IMG/VR virus record: IMGVR_UViG_3300008107_000010
Source: a virus
Lineage: Duplodnaviria > Heunggongvirae > Uroviricota > Caudoviricetes
Reading direction: 5' to 3' (one strand)
DNA length: 27,620 bases
A model generated the notes under the pieces. That model saw nothing but the letters and a program-made list of their open reading frames with translations, was not told the origin of the DNA and did not search any database. Positions 25,042 through 27,620 of the stretch are shown piece by piece (positions within the stretch are counted from its first letter, which is position 1; every line of letters starts with the position of its first letter). The position numbers and the translations under genes are program-made.

Positions 25042-26154
25042 TTAAATTTCTGTTTTTCTGTTGTGGGTAATAATACCGTTTGCAATAAAAAGATCAGTAT
25101 TTTCAACATCTAATCGATACACTATTGTTTTTTCATCGATTTCTTGTATAGAGATGATTTCAACTTCTTGTCCATTTTTATTTAGGAAAGTATCACCGAT
25201 TGAAAGATCTGTAGTTTCACAGAAATTCCATGTTCCATTTTGTTTTCTAAAATGAATATGGGTTCCTGACGCTATCAATAAACCATTATTAATAGAATAA
25301 GATGACCCAACACCAACTGGTGTAATCGATTTAACTGTTGCTGTATTAAATTCATACTCTAGAGTAGAATCAGACCAATTAACCCAAGCATTTTCATCTT
25401 CCGATAATCCAGAAATACTAACACTTTTTACTATGTCTTTTCGTCTAATATCTTTTAAAAGTTTAGTTGTACCATCTGCCATTTCAATAACAGAATCTCC
25501 TACCAGACAATTACCACCTCCACAACCAATTGCTACCGGATTTGCACCATAGTAAATAGCTTGCGCACAAAATTGTTCTCCCCATCCAGCATATCCAAAT
25601 AACTGATTCCCGAGACAATCTATACCTTCATAAAACTCATCGTATCCTGAATAAGTATTACATTCCTGTGGCGGCGGTGGTTCTACATAACTAAACACCG
25701 CGGTTAATTGATACGTATTTTGCCAGCCATCTGTTGGAATATAGTATGAAACGTTTGCCGAATATGACCAAATTTCATATGGATCCACGCGATACCAATA
25801 TTGAAATGCATAATTAGACGCGGGAACTGCATCTAGTGTAACCCAACTGCTATATGATTGCGTTACTGCATAAGTTGCAACGTGAGAGTAGTTACTAAAA
25901 TATCCGCTATACCATGGCGAAGTTACAGCAACTGATCCGTATCCATCCACCGATATTGCCCAGCATCTACTATTAATCCATTGGTTTCTAAACTGACCAG
26001 AAAAACTACCAGTTGAACTAACTCCGTTGGGAGGGTTTGTAAAGAATTTACCTCTAATACTAGAAGCTGACGTGTATCCTCCTTCCCCACATTCAACGTA
26101 TGATCGAAGCTGACTGAGCGTAATGCTACTACCAGCGTAATAAATTCTTCCCAT
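25042..26154 (-). CDS. Tail-fibre-associated beta-rich protein with a C-terminal Hint (intein-like) domain
   Basis: Hint domain from Cys216 (CLVGDSVIEMADG, 25509) to VYRLDV..FIANGIITHN (25060), then RKTEI; Ser/Tyr/Gly-rich N-terminus. Confidence 0.85.
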   Translation of the reverse strand: MGRIYYAGSSITLSQLRSYVECGEGGYTSASSIRGKFFTNPPNGVSSTGSFSGQFRNQWINSRCWAISVDGYGSVAVTSPWYSGYFSNYSHVATYAVTQSYSSWVTLDAVPASNYAFQYWYRVDPYEIWSYSANVSYYIPTDGWQNTYQLTAVFSYVEPPPPQECNTYSGYDEFYEGIDCLGNQLFGYAGWGEQFCAQAIYYGANPVAIGCGGGNCLVGDSVIEMADGTTKLLKDIRRKDIVKSVSISGLSEDENAWVNWSDSTLEYEFNTATVKSITPVGVGSSYSINNGLLIASGTHIHFRKQNGTWNFCETTDLSIGDTFLNKNGQEVEIISIQEIDEKTIVYRLDVENTDLFIANGIITHNRKTEI

Positions 26155-26909
26155 TATGAATTAACTATTTTTTGAACCCATTCATGTCTCCACTTAAAAC
26201 CAGATTCGTATTTTTGATTATTAATAAGTGGACATATGTCATAACTTGCAGGAACTACTTGAGGAGCAATTTCAATAACTTGATTCTGTACAGTAAAACC
26301 ATGATCTTCTAATATAAGTTTAACCGTACAATATTCAATTTCATTATTAATAACTATTCTATTAACTGCTGTAGAATGTCTATCGATCCACCATGCATAT
26401 ATACCATTAGTATTTAAATAGTTTTTAACAAAGTTACTAAATCCAAGTACTCCATTATAATCATCTGCAAAAGCATCAAATCCTACATTATAATAAATAA
26501 AGTCAAAATTAGTAGGAAATCCTTCTTCAAATAAAGCATCTTCCCATCTATTTTCAATAATATGGGTTGTTCCACCATTTACAAAACCTTGATTTTCTAA
26601 TCTAGCTAATTGATTTTGATTTGGTTCAATAATCCACAATTCAGCACAATTTGCATTCTTAACAAGTTGATTAAGAATACCAATTCCACTACCAACAATT
26701 AGAACCTTCTTTCCAACAATATTAGTTGAAAATCTAGTAACCAAATCTTGATAAATTGGCATATCAAATGGATTAATTGTCCATCTTTCCCATTCAACAT
26801 CGGTTAATAAGATGTTTAAATTAGGGTCATACAAATAACAATTAATCTGCTTGTTAATATCAGCAGGTGGTAAATTATTTGTGAAAACGTAATCTATTCG
26901 TGCTTGCAT
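26154..26909 (-). CDS. Class I SAM-dependent methyltransferase-like protein (GAMT/Rmt2-like)
   Basis: KVLIVGSGIGI, WIIEPN, RWED, FDFIYY and YLNTNGIY motifs. Confidence 0.75.
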   Translation of the reverse strand: MQARIDYVFTNNLPPADINKQINCYLYDPNLNILLTDVEWERWTINPFDMPIYQDLVTRFSTNIVGKKVLIVGSGIGILNQLVKNANCAELWIIEPNQNQLARLENQGFVNGGTTHIIENRWEDALFEEGFPTNFDFIYYNVGFDAFADDYNGVLGFSNFVKNYLNTNGIYAWWIDRHSTAVNRIVINNEIEYCTVKLILEDHGFTVQNQVIEIAPQVVPASYDICPLINNQKYESGFKWRHEWVQKIVNS

Positions 26910-26910
26910 A

Positions 26911-27620
26911 TTACTTATTTTCTAATTGTTTTACTCTTTCTGAAAGTTGTTTAATTGCTTCAATAAGAACACCAACTAAATCATTGTAACTTACAGTTTT
27001 ATATCCATCTAATCCATCAACTACATTGTCTGGTAAAACTTTTTCAACTTCTTGAGCAATTAAACCAGTTCTCTGTCTATCTAGATCAGAATTTAAATTA
27101 TATCTAACACCTCTTAAAGATTCTACAATCTCTAAAGCATTATCTATTGTTTCAATATTTGTTTTTAACTTTTCGTCAGAACTAATAGTAACATCAGAAA
27201 AAGTTGGTGAAGAGTTAGTGTTTACATACTGGTTTAACGAATTTGCATAACCATTATTCGTAATATAACTTGTCCAGTTTGCATTTGTTAATATAGTTCG
27301 ATATGATGCATATGATCCATTTGTAACTCTTCTAACCCAGAAATTATCAGCATGGAAGTCGTGTACAAGTTGGAATCCATAGTTAGCAGCCCATGAGTTA
27401 CCCATTGAGTTAATCCATTGATTCCAATCTCCAGATGGTGTTCCATTTGGACTAGATGCAAAGAAGAATCCGGATGCTCTATTATATCCATTTAAGTCTC
27501 CGTCATTAGTACTCTTTCTCTCACCGTCACCATATACAATTCGACTAATGCTTACACCACTTATAGAGCTTGCATCATATGATGCAGGTCCTGGAGGGCC
27601 TGTAGGACCTGTAGGACCAG
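26911..27620 (-). CDS. Tail fibre C-terminus: collagen-like repeat, receptor-end domain and peptidase S74 intramolecular chaperone (5' end outside the window)
   Basis: The frame stays open upstream of the track ATG to the window edge (GPTGPTGPPGPASYDASSISG...); SDEKLKTNIETIDNAL..GLIAQEVEKVLP..LIEAIKQL starts at 27180. Confidence 0.9.
   Translation of the reverse strand, partial: GPTGPTGPPGPASYDASSISGVSISRIVYGDGERKSTNDGDLNGYNRASGFFFASSPNGTPSGDWNQWINSMGNSWAANYGFQLVHDFHADNFWVRRVTNGSYASYRTILTNANWTSYITNNGYANSLNQYVNTNSSPTFSDVTISSDEKLKTNIETIDNALEIVESLRGVRYNLNSDLDRQRTGLIAQEVEKVLPDNVVDGLDGYKTVSYNDLVGVLIEAIKQLSERVKQLENK
27583..27620 (-). repeat. Collagen-like Gly-X-Y coding repeat (truncated)
   Basis: GGT CCT ACA GGT CCT ACA GGC CCT CCA GGA CCT GCA. 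Confidence 0.8.

Noticed and set aside
468-25255. Plus-strand ORFs in the track (468, 1332, 1613, 2473, 3838, 6686, 7483, 10257, 12785, 13419, 14315, 22036, 25061)
   Set aside because: All are short antisense shadows of well-supported minus-strand genes and have no recognisable motifs.
25060-25509. Mobile intein or homing element
   Set aside because: No endonuclease domain, no +1 nucleophile, and not inserted in a conserved enzyme; treated as a Hint autoprocessing domain.
27288-27491. 67-aa minus-strand ORF
   Set aside because: Out-of-frame overlap with the tail fibre frame, which is open to the window edge.
27571-27586. Perfect 16-bp palindrome tgcatcatatgatgca
   Set aside because: Single copy inside coding sequence (ASYDA) with no supporting context.
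1-27620. Stop-codon reassignment as in some large Bacteroidota phages
   Set aside because: Genes tile the window under the standard code; TAG ends phoH at its expected C-terminus, and TGA is used in ATGA overlaps.

Overview
AT-rich, densely coded segment of a large T4-like (myovirus-type) phage genome. All credible genes are on the minus strand and read in the standard code. The leaders lack Shine-Dalgarno sequences, the early promoters resemble the Bacteroidota -7 element, and the phage carries bS21, which together suggest a Bacteroidota host (inference). In transcription order (right to left) the window holds: the end of a collagen-like tail fibre with a peptidase S74 chaperone; a methyltransferase; a Hint-domain protein; three glycosyltransferases, two 2OG-Fe(II) oxygenases and an ATP-grasp ligase; a 3'-5' exonuclease; a proteostasis/translation block (Hsp20, DnaJ, bS21, three UVR-like 'EEYEKC' proteins, PhoH); RNase HII; small early genes; UvsE; two proteins with T4-type capsid-targeting leaders; dCMP deaminase; hypotheticals; a GT2; and three probable baseplate genes. 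Main signals: (i) three recurrent promoter classes (early, AAAC-N17-TATAA middle, NATATATA late) plus one sigma54-like site, several embedded in hairpins; (ii) three capsid-targeted proteins, including an ATP-grasp enzyme; (iii) a putative fibre hydroxylation/glycosylation/autoprocessing locus; (iv) a UVR-mimic and chaperone module. Product calls come from motif recognition by eye; no database search was run.
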